Assembly (NCBI GenBank): GCA_963674695.2
Contig: CAXXGI010000002.1
Coordinates: 608,001-672,000 of the forward strand
DNA from: a bacterium
GTDB lineage: Bacteria; UBA10199; 2-02-FULL-44-16; JAAZCA01
DNA: 64,000 nucleotides
Direction of reading: 5' to 3'
Shown: positions 9,646 to 21,475 of the stretch, piece after piece
Position numbering within the stretch: the first letter of the stretch is position 1
Layout: every line of letters begins with the position of its first letter
Notes under the pieces: generated by a model
Databases searched by the model: none
Seen by the model: only the letters and a program-made list of their open reading frames with translations
What the model was told of the DNA's origin: nothing
Made by a program: the position numbers and the translations under genes

Positions 9646-11331
9646 TTAACTCCAGAAGACGTCTTCCTCGACCGTGACCTTTCCGGTCCGGGCGTTGACG
9701 TAATAGAGCGACAGCCCCATCTCGACCTCATAGTAGATATCGTGTCTGCCCGGCAGGATCACCATCTCGGAGTCCGGCGGCTTGGCGTGGATGCGCTGTG
9801 CGCGGCGGTTGGCCTCCATCGCGATGCGCAGGTTCATCTGCGCCTCTTTGTAGGCCTTTCCGTTTTGCGCTCCATCGCGCAGATAGATGCGTTCCTGCTG
9901 CTTCATCTCGCGCTGCGCTTTTTGGAGCTCGGCGCGTGCGCTCTGGCGAACCAGATCGTAGGCCTGCCGCAGGTCGATGCGGCGCAGCTCGTTGATCTCG
10001 TTTTCGCGAACCGGCCGAATGTCGTCGCGCGCGATTCCGTTAAACCGACCCTGGGCATCGCGGAAGGCGAAGAAGCCCGCGCCCATCATGCGAATCTGCG
10101 CGCCGTCGCGCGTGATGTAGTGCTGCTGATAGAAGTCGCGCCCTCCGCCGATGACGTCCACCTGATCGGTGCGCTGAAAGGTGATGTAGGGGTTCTTGCG
10201 TCGGAAGTCGGCCATGAAATCTCGGATGCTGCTGATCTTCTCCGGCTTCTTCGGCTCCACCTCGGAGGCATCCTTGATCATGCGCCGCTCGAGTGCCTCG
10301 GCGATGATCTCACGCCGCAGGTGGATGGCCAGGCCGCCGGCACCATAGCGCTCCTCACAGAGGTTTTCCATGCCATCGAGCATCGCTCTGACGAAATCGA
10401 CGGGCTGGGGCCGGTTGGTCGTGTAGAAGGCGCCGTGATTCATCATCATGCACATGACGATGTTCGCGGCATCCCGGCGTTTGTATTTGAAGACGCCGTT
10501 CGGATCGGCCAGGCGCTCCATCAGATCCCAGAAAAATCCCGCATAGGCGCGACCGCGATCGTGCACTTCGCTTCCGGCATAGCCGTCGCGATCCTTGGCA
10601 TCGAGGTGCAGGTTGTTGCGGCAGGTGCGCAGCCCCGCGTCCTTGCTCTCAGGTCTTCCGATTGCGGGTGAGAAATCCTCGCTCACCTCCGGATCGAGGT
10701 GGAAGAGCGCGGCCATGCCGTCGGCAAATCCTTCGTGAATAGCACCGCCTTCGCGGGCGTAGTAGCCGGTGAGCCCCGGGTGAAGCGCGTCGAGGATGGC
10801 GTGCCCCTGCTCATGGTTGACTACATCTCCGTCGCTGGCCAGGTGCCACTCGCCATAGCGTGAGTTCTTCGACGTGCCGAACGTCATCTCTTTTGTCTGC
10901 GGCGAATACCAGGCATTCATGTCGGTTACGGCGTTGGCATGTCCGACCATTGCATGTCCGATGATGCGATCCATATCGAAGCCGAGGCCTGCGTCTTTAT
11001 CCATATAGGTGAGCAGGCCCGTGAACGCATTGTAGAGCTGAACCTGATCGAAGCCGTCGGTGGTGACCTTCGATCCCTCGACGAAGGGATCATATCGAAA
11101 GATGCCGCCGAGTTTGGTCTGTCCGTCGATGCGCGCCCATTTTCCATTCAGGCTCTGAGCGTCTTTCTCCAGGTGGCGAAGGATGATGTCCTTGACCATG
11201 CCGTCGCTCGAGACGCGGTTTTCATGCGTCCAGACGTTGGCATGGGTTGCGGTTGGCGTCTTGTCCTGTGCGACGCGAAGGAAATGAGGCGGATAGGAAC
11301 GCGCAGGCGCGCGCATGTGTACGTTCGACAT
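9646..11331 (-). CDS. M4/M36-like (thermolysin/fungalysin) zinc metallopeptidase
   Basis: NAWYS, DVVNHEQGH (HExxH), GGAIHEGFAD, SEVHDRG; GGAGGAG RBS; no evident signal peptide. Confidence 0.85.
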   Translation of the reverse strand: MSNVHMRAPARSYPPHFLRVAQDKTPTATHANVWTHENRVSSDGMVKDIILRHLEKDAQSLNGKWARIDGQTKLGGIFRYDPFVEGSKVTTDGFDQVQLYNAFTGLLTYMDKDAGLGFDMDRIIGHAMVGHANAVTDMNAWYSPQTKEMTFGTSKNSRYGEWHLASDGDVVNHEQGHAILDALHPGLTGYYAREGGAIHEGFADGMAALFHLDPEVSEDFSPAIGRPESKDAGLRTCRNNLHLDAKDRDGYAGSEVHDRGRAYAGFFWDLMERLADPNGVFKYKRRDAANIVMCMMMNHGAFYTTNRPQPVDFVRAMLDGMENLCEERYGAGGLAIHLRREIIAEALERRMIKDASEVEPKKPEKISSIRDFMADFRRKNPYITFQRTDQVDVIGGGRDFYQQHYITRDGAQIRMMGAGFFAFRDAQGRFNGIARDDIRPVRENEINELRRIDLRQAYDLVRQSARAELQKAQREMKQQERIYLRDGAQNGKAYKEAQMNLRIAMEANRRAQRIHAKPPDSEMVILPGRHDIYYEVEMGLSLYYVNARTGKVTVEEDVFWS

Positions 11332-11443
11332 GGATGGCTCCTCCATCGGGGACGTTTGTGCTGTCGGCGGTCAAACGTCCAGGGTGTCGGTGCGCGCGAA
11401 AAAGACACACGTCACCGTTCAAAGACGTTCTGGAGGGGCGGCG

Positions 11444-11632
11444 TTAGTAGTCGATGACGAACCAGATCCCTTCGCGTTCCTTCGGCGTGATGCGAGCGAT
11501 GGTGTGGAACCCCGGCAAGCATTGGCAGGAGGGTTCGAAGATGATGCGCGGCGGTGCGGGAGAATTGTACAGACGCTCTTTATGAACGGCGGTGGGGTGA
11601 AGATGCTTTCGCGCTACGAATACCGGCTTCAT
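11444..11632 (-). CDS. Small hypothetical protein (62 aa)
   Basis: GGGAAG before ATG and a sigma70-like TTGAAT-N16-TATACT at 11663-11690 (minus strand). Confidence 0.4.
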   Translation of the reverse strand: MKPVFVARKHLHPTAVHKERLYNSPAPPRIIFEPSCQCLPGFHTIARITPKEREGIWFVIDY

Positions 11633-11792
11633 GAGGCTTCCCCATGGAAAACGGATGCCGGCAGTATACGCAAAAAAAGGCAGAATTCAACCGGTGTGAA
11701 GCGGCGTCGATCCTTTCGCCTCATCCGGTGCTTGAGGGTGAAGGTTGAACGTGTTGATAACAAGACTACATTTTAGGCGCGCATTTATTGCT

Positions 11793-11891
11793 GTCATCCC
11801 TGTTCGCCCGCCTTTGGCGGGATTGTTTGAATCGGGGATTTCGATTGAGGTGCTGTCGAGCGGAATTCCTGACTACAGCCTCGGGAATGAC
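11793..11891. repeat. REP-like palindrome GTCATCCC...GGGAATGAC
   Basis: Terminal inverted motif shared with about 10 other intergenic copies. Confidence 0.7.
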
Positions 11892-11960
11892 AGGCGTCAT
11901 ATCGAGATGGTGAAACCGGGAGTTCTTGACGTCTGTGCAATCGGTTGGGAGAAGGCCCCC

Positions 11961-13025
11961 ATGCATATACACATCGAAAAACTGATTCCGGGTGGGGCGG
12001 GGATGGGCACGCACGAGGGGCGGCGCGTCTTCGTTCCCTTTGCGGCGCCCGGGGATGAGCTGGAGGTCGAGGTCGTCGCCGATCACGGCTCCTGGATGGA
12101 AGCGCGCATCGTCGACATCACCCAGCCCTCGCCCGATCGCGTGGAGCCGATCTGCCCCGTCTTCGGAAAGTGCGGTGGCTGTCAGTGGCAACATCTCTCC
12201 TATGACAGTCAGCTACGCGCCAAGCGCGAGATCCTGCGCGAGTCGCTCATGCGCATCGGCAAGATCGCCGATCCCGAGGTCTTGGAAACGCTGCCGTCGC
12301 CTCAGCAGTGGCACTATCGCAATCGGATTCAGCTCCATGTGAATGCAGCCGGTGAGGTGGGCTTCTATCGGGCGAAGTCGAAGGAGGTCGTCGCGTTTGC
12401 CTCCTGTCCGATTGCGGATGAGCATATCAATGCCGAGTTGGCGCATCGACGCGAGGAGATCGCCAAGCGCGATCGCGGTATTGCGCTTCGCGTCGAAGGG
12501 GATGAGAGTTTTTCGCAGGTCAACACCGCGCAGAACGAACAGCTTAAAAAAGTGCTCATCGACTGGATGCGAGAGCTTCCCCACGAACACGTGGCCGAGC
12601 TCCATGCGGGATCGGGCAACTTCACCTTTGCGATGGCAGCCATCGCCAGTGAGATCTTCGCCTCCGAGATAGACGGGCGTGCGGTGGCGGCAGCGCAGAA
12701 GCGGATCGAGCGCGAGGGGATCACGAACGTCGCCTTCGTGCGCGCGCCGGCGCACAAGGCCTTTGCCCATCATGTGGGGGCGTGCGACGCGCTTCTCATC
12801 GATCCGCCGCGCAAGGGATGCCCCGAAGCCATCGAGTCGATCGTCCGTCTTGGGCCGCAATCGATCTTGGCCATCTCCTGCGATCCCGCGACCCTCGCGC
12901 GCGACCTGCGAGCCCTCTGCGATCAGGGCTATCGCTTCGTCCGTACGCTCCCCATCGATATGTTCCCCCAGACCTTCCACGTCGAATCGCTGACGCTGCT
13001 GCAGCGGGTCTCTGGCCGCCTGTAG
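11961..13025 (+). CDS. rlmD: 23S rRNA m5U methyltransferase, RlmD/TrmA family with TRAM domain
   Basis: CPVFGKCGGCQWQH, YRNR, FSQVN, DPPRKG, ISCDPATLARD, DMFPQTFHVE. Confidence 0.9.
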   Translation: MHIHIEKLIPGGAGMGTHEGRRVFVPFAAPGDELEVEVVADHGSWMEARIVDITQPSPDRVEPICPVFGKCGGCQWQHLSYDSQLRAKREILRESLMRIGKIADPEVLETLPSPQQWHYRNRIQLHVNAAGEVGFYRAKSKEVVAFASCPIADEHINAELAHRREEIAKRDRGIALRVEGDESFSQVNTAQNEQLKKVLIDWMRELPHEHVAELHAGSGNFTFAMAAIASEIFASEIDGRAVAAAQKRIEREGITNVAFVRAPAHKAFAHHVGACDALLIDPPRKGCPEAIESIVRLGPQSILAISCDPATLARDLRALCDQGYRFVRTLPIDMFPQTFHVESLTLLQRVSGRL

Positions 13026-13052
13026 ACGACAATCCTATCTGGCATTTTTTCC

Positions 13053-13081
13053 TTGTCTCTTCCGTGGCGTCGTCGTATAAG
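13053..13081 (+). promoter_or_regulatory. sigma70-like promoter TTGTCT-N17-TATAAG
   Basis: Consensus-like boxes upstream of the 13117 ORF. Confidence 0.5.
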
Positions 13082-13116
13082 GACGCCGGATAACGGAGGG
13101 GGAGAAGGAGGCCGTC

Positions 13117-13740
13117 ATGCAGATCAGCGCAAGAACAGTCACAACAGGGACGCCAACACAGGTCGGTGTGCAGGTGGCGGACAGGCGTCAGCGCCGGAGT
13201 GGGGCCAGCGATAGGCCCGCTTCCAGCTATGTCCCGCCGAAGGCCAAGGCCGATGGCGCGTCGAAGGGGATGCGAAAGGGGCTGGCGCTCTCCACGCTTC
13301 CCCCCCTTCTGAAGCGTGCGTTTGCGTCACGCTGGAAGGCGTGCGAGCCGTATATCCAGCGGCTTGAGCTGACCGGCGCGCGCATCACGCGCGTGGAGCA
13401 AGAGGAAGACGACACCTACACGGTCTATCGCTTCGAGGGCAAACGGGGGAGCATCGTGGCCGTCATCGCGCCGCAGCCGAAGGAAGAGGGGATTGTGGAT
13501 AATCAGGTCGTGTCGATGATGGTCTATGAACCCAAGGGCAAACAATGGAACTCGATCGATTTCGTCAAAGAAAATGGCGTTGAACAGATGAAGGTGCGCC
13601 CGCGTACGGTGGACCCGCGCATGACGCCGACCCTGCAGGAGGGGTATTTCATCCATATCATCGATCGCGAGGAGAAAAAGCAGATCACGGCGAAGGTCTA
13701 CGGTCAGGAACCCGCCCGCCCCCCGGTGCCGAAGAAGTAA
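13117..13740 (+). CDS. Hypothetical protein
   Basis: AAGGAGG RBS, host-like codon use, followed by a hairpin + T tract at about 13767-13797. Confidence 0.7.
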   Translation: MQISARTVTTGTPTQVGVQVADRRQRRSGASDRPASSYVPPKAKADGASKGMRKGLALSTLPPLLKRAFASRWKACEPYIQRLELTGARITRVEQEEDDTYTVYRFEGKRGSIVAVIAPQPKEEGIVDNQVVSMMVYEPKGKQWNSIDFVKENGVEQMKVRPRTVDPRMTPTLQEGYFIHIIDREEKKQITAKVYGQEPARPPVPKK

Positions 13741-13955
13741 GAGGGGGTATTTCTGAAAGCGTCATCAGCCGGTGGGGGGTTCCCTGCCGGCTTTTGTTCG
13801 GCCCGCTGAAGCCGCATGGATCGATATTTGAGGGTGTTGTGAGACCTTGACAAAGTCCTCCCGTTTGATACACATCCTCGATCTTTTCGCTTGTATTCTA
13901 ACAAGCTGAAATCATTTGCGAAAGCAAATCCTCTCCGGAAGGTGGTGATGTTGAT

Positions 13956-14135
13956 ATGCCAGGAGTGAAGGTACGCGATGGTGAAACCTTCGAGCAGGCG
14001 CTGCGTCGTTTTAAGAAACAGTGCGAAAAAGCCGGAATCCTTTCCGAGCTACGCAAGCGCGAGCATTACGAGAAGCCTTCCATCAAGAAAAAGAAGAAGC
14101 GAGCAGCAGCCGCAAAGAAGCGGGTGAAACGCTAA
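13956..14135 (+). CDS. rpsU: 30S ribosomal protein S21 (59 aa, absent from the ORF track)
   Basis: Own translation: [48 protein letters not shown]...; canonical rpsU-yqeY-dnaG-rpoD order. Confidence 0.97.
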   Translation: MPGVKVRDGETFEQALRRFKKQCEKAGILSELRKREHYEKPSIKKKKKRAAAAKKRVKR

Positions 14136-14189
14136 TTGAACGAGAGCGTTTTGACCTCAATCGAATAACCGTTGCCAGTGGAGGCGATT

Positions 14190-14642
14190 ATGTCGCTCAA
14201 GGAACGGATCGAAGCGAAGCTGCGTGAGTCGATGCGTGCGCGTGATGCGGATGCAACGGGGGCGGTGCGTCTGGTGCTCGCGGCGATCAAGAACCGCGAG
14301 ATCGATAAGGGCGACGCGCTGACCGATGAGGAGTGCGTGAAGATATTGGCCACGCTCGCGAAGCAGCGCCAGGAATCGATCGACCTCTATCGGCAGGGTG
14401 GCCGCGATGACCTCGTGCGCAAGGAGGAGGCGGAACTCGTTATCCTGCGCGAGTTTCTGCCGCAGCCCCTTGGGAAGGACGAGCTGGAATCGCTCGTCGA
14501 TGCTGCGATCGCCGAGGCGGGTGCGACCGGTCCGCGCGATATGGGGGCGGTGATGAAGCTTCTGTCCCCAAAGATTTCGGGGCGCGCCGATGGCAAGGTC
14601 GTCAGCACGCTCGTGCGCGAACGCCTCGTGAAAAATGCATGA
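14190..14642 (+). CDS. yqeY: GatB/YqeY domain protein
   Basis: MSLKERI..AIKNREI..KQRQESI..FLPQPL..DMGAVMK..GRADGK; GGAGG RBS. Confidence 0.92.
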   Translation: MSLKERIEAKLRESMRARDADATGAVRLVLAAIKNREIDKGDALTDEECVKILATLAKQRQESIDLYRQGGRDDLVRKEEAELVILREFLPQPLGKDELESLVDAAIAEAGATGPRDMGAVMKLLSPKISGRADGKVVSTLVRERLVKNA

Positions 14643-14688
14643 CTTGAACCGAATATGCAGGCGCTCCGGCGCATTTTCTTAGGTTCCC

Positions 14689-16473
14689 ATGTTCAGCAAA
14701 TCAACCTTGAACGACATTCGTGATCGCGTTCCCATCGCTTCGCTCATCGGCGAGCGCATGCCCCTGAAACGTTCGGGCCGCAACCTCAAGGGGCTGTGTC
14801 CGTTTCATCAGGAGAAGTCGCCGTCGTTCATGGTCAATGAAGAGAAGCAGATCTTTCATTGCTTCGGCTGCGGCGCGGGCGGCGATATCTTTCGGTTCGT
14901 GATGGACTTCGATGGCATCGATTTTCCGGAGGCGGTGCGGTATCTGGCCGGCCGTGCCGGCGTCGAGCTTGTCGAGGATGCGGATCCGGCCCAGCGCCGT
15001 GCGGAGGAGGAACGCACGCGCGAGCGGAAGTGGTTTCTGCGCATCAATCAGATCGCGCAGGACTACTTTGCACAGACGCTCGCGGATGTCTCGCGCGGGG
15101 GTCCGGCGCGGGAGTACCTCCAAACCCGCGGAATACAAGATGAATTTTGGACGCAACATTTTCTGGGATATGCCGACAAGAGCTGGGACGCATTGGAGCG
15201 GCATTTGCGCGCCAAGGGCGTTCCGCTCGAGATGGCCGCAACGCTGGGGCTGATTCGAGCGCGGGATGGGGGAGGCCATTACGATTTTTTTCGTCATCGC
15301 CTCATCTTCCCGATTCGATCGCCGCGCGGAGAGGTGCTGGGATTCGGTGGACGGGCGCTCCCCCAAGAGGGGGGTGAAGACGGGGCGAAGTATATGAACT
15401 CCCCGGATTCGCCGATCTACCACAAGTCGAATTCCGTCTTCGGACTCGATCTTGCGGCCGGCGCCATTCGTTCGAATGATCAGGTGATTTTGGTCGAGGG
15501 GTATATGGATCGCATCGCCCTCCACCAGTTTGGCGTCTGCGATGTGGTGGCACCGCTCGGAACGGCGTTGACGTCAGGACATCTGACGATCTTGGCGCGC
15601 TATTCGCGCAACCATGTCCTCGTCTTCGATGGGGACGAGGCCGGACGGCGCGCGGCGCTTCGCTCTTTGGATATCTATTTGGCCGCCGGCATGATGCCGC
15701 GCGTGGTGCCGCTTCCTGCGGGTGAGGATCCGGATACGCTGATTCGAAGCGAAGGGGCTGAGGCCTTTCGGCGCCGCTTCGAAAATGCGCCGTCGCTCAT
15801 CTCGTATTTTGTCGATGCGACGACTGCGCAGGTTGGCCGCGATGCCGCGGGGTCGGTCGAGGCCCTCAAGCGCATCGTGCCGGTGCTGCGCCAGGTGAGC
15901 GATCCGATCGAACGCGGCATCTATCGCCGCGAGGCGGCCGCACGATTGGGGCTCGACGAGCGGGAGGTCGAGCGAGCGCTCGGGCTGATGGAAAAAACAT
16001 CATCGGTACAGCTCTCATCGTCGCCGAAAGCGGTCGCTTATGTTTCGGGCGCATCGACGGAGCGGCTGTTGGTGCAGGCGATGCTTGCCCATCCGGAGAC
16101 GGTACCGAGCGTCTTTGAATCGCTTGCGCCGGATGCCTTCGAGGATGGATGGTGCCGAACGGTGGTGACGCTGGTCGAGCAATCGATGCATGAGGGGTCG
16201 ATGCCGGTCTTGAGCGCTTTCATCGACGCAGTGGTGGACGAGGAGTTGTCGGCCGAAATTCGCCGCGTGGCGATGGAGGGCGAGTCGATCGAGCCGGATG
16301 AAGTGCGAGAGGTGGTGGGCGATTGCGTCAAGCGCATGCAGCAGCGGCGCATGCGTGAGCGCAGCGATCGTCTCACCGAAGCCATCGCGCGAGCGACCGT
16401 CGAAGGGAACGAGGATCAGGTGCTCGAACTCATGCGCCAGAAACAGGATCTCTCGCAGCAGATGCAACGATAA
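14689..16473 (+). CDS. dnaG: DNA primase
   Basis: CPFHQEKSPSF zinc finger, FGGRAL, KYMNSP, EGYMD, FDGDEAG, DPD. Confidence 0.97.
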   Translation: MFSKSTLNDIRDRVPIASLIGERMPLKRSGRNLKGLCPFHQEKSPSFMVNEEKQIFHCFGCGAGGDIFRFVMDFDGIDFPEAVRYLAGRAGVELVEDADPAQRRAEEERTRERKWFLRINQIAQDYFAQTLADVSRGGPAREYLQTRGIQDEFWTQHFLGYADKSWDALERHLRAKGVPLEMAATLGLIRARDGGGHYDFFRHRLIFPIRSPRGEVLGFGGRALPQEGGEDGAKYMNSPDSPIYHKSNSVFGLDLAAGAIRSNDQVILVEGYMDRIALHQFGVCDVVAPLGTALTSGHLTILARYSRNHVLVFDGDEAGRRAALRSLDIYLAAGMMPRVVPLPAGEDPDTLIRSEGAEAFRRRFENAPSLISYFVDATTAQVGRDAAGSVEALKRIVPVLRQVSDPIERGIYRREAAARLGLDEREVERALGLMEKTSSVQLSSSPKAVAYVSGASTERLLVQAMLAHPETVPSVFESLAPDAFEDGWCRTVVTLVEQSMHEGSMPVLSAFIDAVVDEELSAEIRRVAMEGESIEPDEVREVVGDCVKRMQQRRMRERSDRLTEAIARATVEGNEDQVLELMRQKQDLSQQMQR

Positions 16474-16502
16474 TAATAACGCACCGGAAAGGATGAGGTG
16501 AC

Positions 16503-18293
<1,791 letters not shown>

Positions 18294-18315
18294 GGCGCAT
18301 CGGCGGCATTATGTA

Positions 18316-18423
18316 CGAAGGACGATGGACGTCCGCGAGCAATGCTTGCTAGGACGAAGGACGAAAAAGCGTTTTCGTCTCTCGTCTCTCGTCCTCGCGA
18401 GCGACGCGAGCGATCGTCCATCG
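18316..18423. repeat. Inverted heptamer repeats (GGACGAA/GGACGAT ... TCGTCTC/TCGTCCA)
   Basis: 7-nt periodic arms forming nested palindromes between rpoD and the Rrf2 gene. Confidence 0.65.
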
Positions 18424-18436
18424 TTGTGGGGGTATC

Positions 18437-18859
18437 ATGCAGGTCTCGCGTGAACTCGATTATGGGGTGCGCGCCGTTGTGGTGTTGGCGGCGCATACGG
18501 GATCTGTGCTCTCCAAGCGTCGTATCGCCGAAGGGTTTTCCATCCCCGTCAATTTTCTTGCTATCATCCTGCCTAAGCTCGTCCATGCAGGTCTCGTGGA
18601 GTCGCTCCCGGGTCCGCGCGGTGGATACCGACTGGCCAGGGCGGCGCGCCTGATCTCGATCTATGATGTCATCCATGCGGTCGATAGCAATTTTTCGCTG
18701 AACCGCTGTCTCGATGAGCGCAAGGGCTGCGAGCAGAAGCCGGATTGCCCGGTCACGGCCTATTGGCAGGAGTTGCAGGATACGGTGGAATCGTTTTTGC
18801 GTAAGGTCACATTCGAACAATTGGCAAAGCGCTTGGAAGAAATCAAAGCAGAGAAATAA
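18437..18859 (+). CDS. Rrf2 family transcriptional regulator (three-Cys Fe-S type)
   Basis: DYGVRA, GPRGGYRLAR, C-x6-C-x5-C. Confidence 0.92.
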   Translation: MQVSRELDYGVRAVVVLAAHTGSVLSKRRIAEGFSIPVNFLAIILPKLVHAGLVESLPGPRGGYRLARAARLISIYDVIHAVDSNFSLNRCLDERKGCEQKPDCPVTAYWQELQDTVESFLRKVTFEQLAKRLEEIKAEK

Positions 18860-18882
18860 ACTGTAGTTCTTTGGGGGGAGTC

Positions 18883-20103
18883 ATGCGCAAGGGGGCGCTC
18901 TACGTCGTCATTATCGCTGCAGTCTTGGGAGGGGTGCTCTCCGCCCTTTCCACCAGTCAGCATTTTCGGATTCAGCGCGAGGGCCTCGAAGTCGAGAGCT
19001 ACTGTGTGATCAGCGATCGGATCAACTGTGATCTGGTCAACGCCAGCTCCTACTCCGAGTTTCTGGGCGTTCCCATCGCCTGGTGGGGTTTGCTCTTCTA
19101 TGGCATCGTCGGCGTCTTCGCCATTATCGCGATCGTCTCGCGTCGCGATCGGCGCGATATCATCACCATCGCCTGGCTCATGTCGGTTGCAGGTCTCTTC
19201 TACTGCGCTTTTTTGGCCTATATCACCTTCTTCATTCTTGAGACGGTCTGTCTCGAATGTTTGGGCATGTATGTCGCCACGATCGCGCTGGCCATCGCGC
19301 TTTTCATCGCGTTGCGCATCCCGCTGGGCGGCGTCGTTCGTTTTGTGATCGATTATGTCCGTGCCGTTTTTGGGCGTCCTTCGCATCTTGAGTTCAAACC
19401 GCGCATCTGGAAAAACGCGCTTATCATCGCATTGGTTTACCTTGTCGGTTGGGTGGCCATCGCGCAGGTGCAGGCCAAGGAGGGGGCGGGGCGACGCCGC
19501 ATGTCGGTTGCCGAGATGGTTCGCGCCTTCAATCTGCAGTCGGAGCATGAGATCGAGATCGATCCGAACTGGGCGGTTTGGGGAAACCCGAACGCGAAGG
19601 TGACGATCGTCGAATTTTCGGAATACCAATGCCCCTTCTGTCGACTCTCCGCCTTTCACGTGAAACCCTATCTGCAGGAGTTCAAGAACGACATCCGGTA
19701 TTATTTCGTCAACTATCCCCTCGATTCAACCTGCAATGCGCGCATGGCCCATCAGATGCATCCGCTGGCCTGCTTCGCAGCTGAGGCGGCCATCTGCGTC
19801 GAGAACAAGGGGAAGTTTTGGTCCTTTCACGACGAACTCTTTCGCAATCAGCGTGGTCTCACCCGTGAATTTATTCTGAATGAAGCCGAGCGCATCGGCG
19901 GATATGATCGTGATGAACTCGTGGCGTGCATGAGTTCGCCTGAGGTCGCTGAGCGGATTCAGAATGATTTGGCTGTCGGACAGAAGATCTATGTGAGTGG
20001 AACGCCCACGCTTTTTTTAAACAACCGCAAACTTACCCGCTGGCGCGACAAGGACTTCCTTCGCACGATCGTGCGCGATGAAATTCGGAAGAGCAGACCA
20101 TAG
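18883..20103 (+). CDS. VKOR-DsbA/thioredoxin fusion disulfide-bond protein
   Basis: SYC-x6-NCDLVNASSYS loop, CLEC in the TM region, then FSEYQCPFC and GTPT. Confidence 0.88.
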   Translation: MRKGALYVVIIAAVLGGVLSALSTSQHFRIQREGLEVESYCVISDRINCDLVNASSYSEFLGVPIAWWGLLFYGIVGVFAIIAIVSRRDRRDIITIAWLMSVAGLFYCAFLAYITFFILETVCLECLGMYVATIALAIALFIALRIPLGGVVRFVIDYVRAVFGRPSHLEFKPRIWKNALIIALVYLVGWVAIAQVQAKEGAGRRRMSVAEMVRAFNLQSEHEIEIDPNWAVWGNPNAKVTIVEFSEYQCPFCRLSAFHVKPYLQEFKNDIRYYFVNYPLDSTCNARMAHQMHPLACFAAEAAICVENKGKFWSFHDELFRNQRGLTREFILNEAERIGGYDRDELVACMSSPEVAERIQNDLAVGQKIYVSGTPTLFLNNRKLTRWRDKDFLRTIVRDEIRKSRP

Positions 20104-20148
20104 ACTATGCTCTCAGACCGCTGATGTTTGTCATTCCCGCGAAAGCGG

Positions 20149-20199
20149 GAATCTCGCTTGTAATGGTCAATCCACATCCCCGCTTTCGCGGGAATGACA
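20149..20199. repeat. REP-like palindrome GTCATTCCCGCGAAAGCGGGAATC...CGCTTTCGCGGGAATGAC
   Basis: Paired inverted copies between convergent genes. Confidence 0.85.
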
Positions 20200-20220
20200 A
20201 CAATAGGGTTTGGTTAGCTC

Positions 20221-21438
20221 TCAGGCCAGACCGTGTTCCCGCTCGAGGCGTTCGTAGTAGTCGATGATGCTGCGGACGTAGTCACGTTTTTCCATGTAGT
20301 TTCCCGGATAAAAACTGCGCTTGAATCCATAGATGATCAGGTGTCGGAGTTTGCGCGCATCGATCGGGAAATTCTTTGAAGCGGTTTCAATCTCATCCGT
20401 GACGGTGGTGTGTGAGACCAATCGATTGTCGGTGCAGAAGGTGACGGAGAGTCGTTTGTCCAGCATCGTGCCGAAAGGGTGGTCCTGGATGCGAGGGATG
20501 TGCGGCATCGTCTGCATGTTCGAGGTGAGGCAGACCTCCACCGTGATGCGTGAATCGGCGATATACTGCCAGAGGGCGTCGACGTATTCGCGTCCCTCAT
20601 CCCCCTCAGGCAGGTCGGGGTGGTGCGTGTCAAACAGGTGCGTGCCGTGGCCGATGCGATCGGCATGACAGTCGGTGATGGCCTGAAAGATCGAGGTGGG
20701 CCCATAGGCCTCGCCAGCGTGCACCGTCTTCTTCAAAAAGTGTTTGTGCGCGAGATCGTAGGCGCGCTTGTGGTCGACCGCCGGATAGCCGGCCTCTGCG
20801 CCGGCCAAGTCGAACCCCACGATCGGCATCTCCTTCTCATCGCGCAGGTAGATCATCATGCGTACGATATCGAGCGAGGCCATCGCCTGAAGGTCCTCCT
20901 CCGGCGTGTGCGGATGCAGGGTGACCAGACGGCGGTAGTAGTCGGAGAAGGAACTCTTGAACATGCGCATCGCGCTGCAGATGATACCGTAGGCAAACGG
21001 CGGTTCATCGCCCGTGGCGATCCCTTTCCTCGCGTTGATCTCCTGCTTTGCCCGATTCATTCCACGGTCGACCGCGACGAGCACTTCCTCGACGGTGAGT
21101 GAGGGGTTGGCATGCAGCTGTGGAGCAAAGCGCGGTTCGACATAGCGCACGCCCTCGTTGAAATTGTCCCAGGCGAACTCGTAGGCGATGCGCTCGAGGG
21201 CCTCCGGCGTCTGCATGACGGCGACCGTATAGGAGAACCCCTGGAGGTACTCCACCAGGTCTGCATAGCGGTCTTTGAAGACCTTTTCGCGCAGTCCTTC
21301 CTCGGTATTGCTGGGCAGGCTGATCTTCTGTTCTTTGGCCAACTCGATGAGTGTTGCCAGCCTCAGACTTCCATCCAGGTGGACATGGAGATCCGTCTTG
21401 GGAATGGCTTCGAGAAATGCACGGGGGATTGGTTTCAT
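20221..21438 (-). CDS. add: Adenosine deaminase family protein
   Basis: PKTDLHVHLDGSLR, GFDLAGAE, TVHAGE, RIGHG, CTDN. Confidence 0.9.
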   Translation of the reverse strand: MKPIPRAFLEAIPKTDLHVHLDGSLRLATLIELAKEQKISLPSNTEEGLREKVFKDRYADLVEYLQGFSYTVAVMQTPEALERIAYEFAWDNFNEGVRYVEPRFAPQLHANPSLTVEEVLVAVDRGMNRAKQEINARKGIATGDEPPFAYGIICSAMRMFKSSFSDYYRRLVTLHPHTPEEDLQAMASLDIVRMMIYLRDEKEMPIVGFDLAGAEAGYPAVDHKRAYDLAHKHFLKKTVHAGEAYGPTSIFQAITDCHADRIGHGTHLFDTHHPDLPEGDEGREYVDALWQYIADSRITVEVCLTSNMQTMPHIPRIQDHPFGTMLDKRLSVTFCTDNRLVSHTTVTDEIETASKNFPIDARKLRHLIIYGFKRSFYPGNYMEKRDYVRSIIDYYERLEREHGLA

Positions 21439-21475
21439 GGGTTCCTTTCATGTTCATGAGGAGGACAGGGCATTT

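Noticed and set aside
11345-11415. sigma28-like promoter for the peptidase (ACCGACAC/GCCGACAG boxes)
   Set aside because: The match is too degenerate and lacks the AAC -35 box, so it was not counted.
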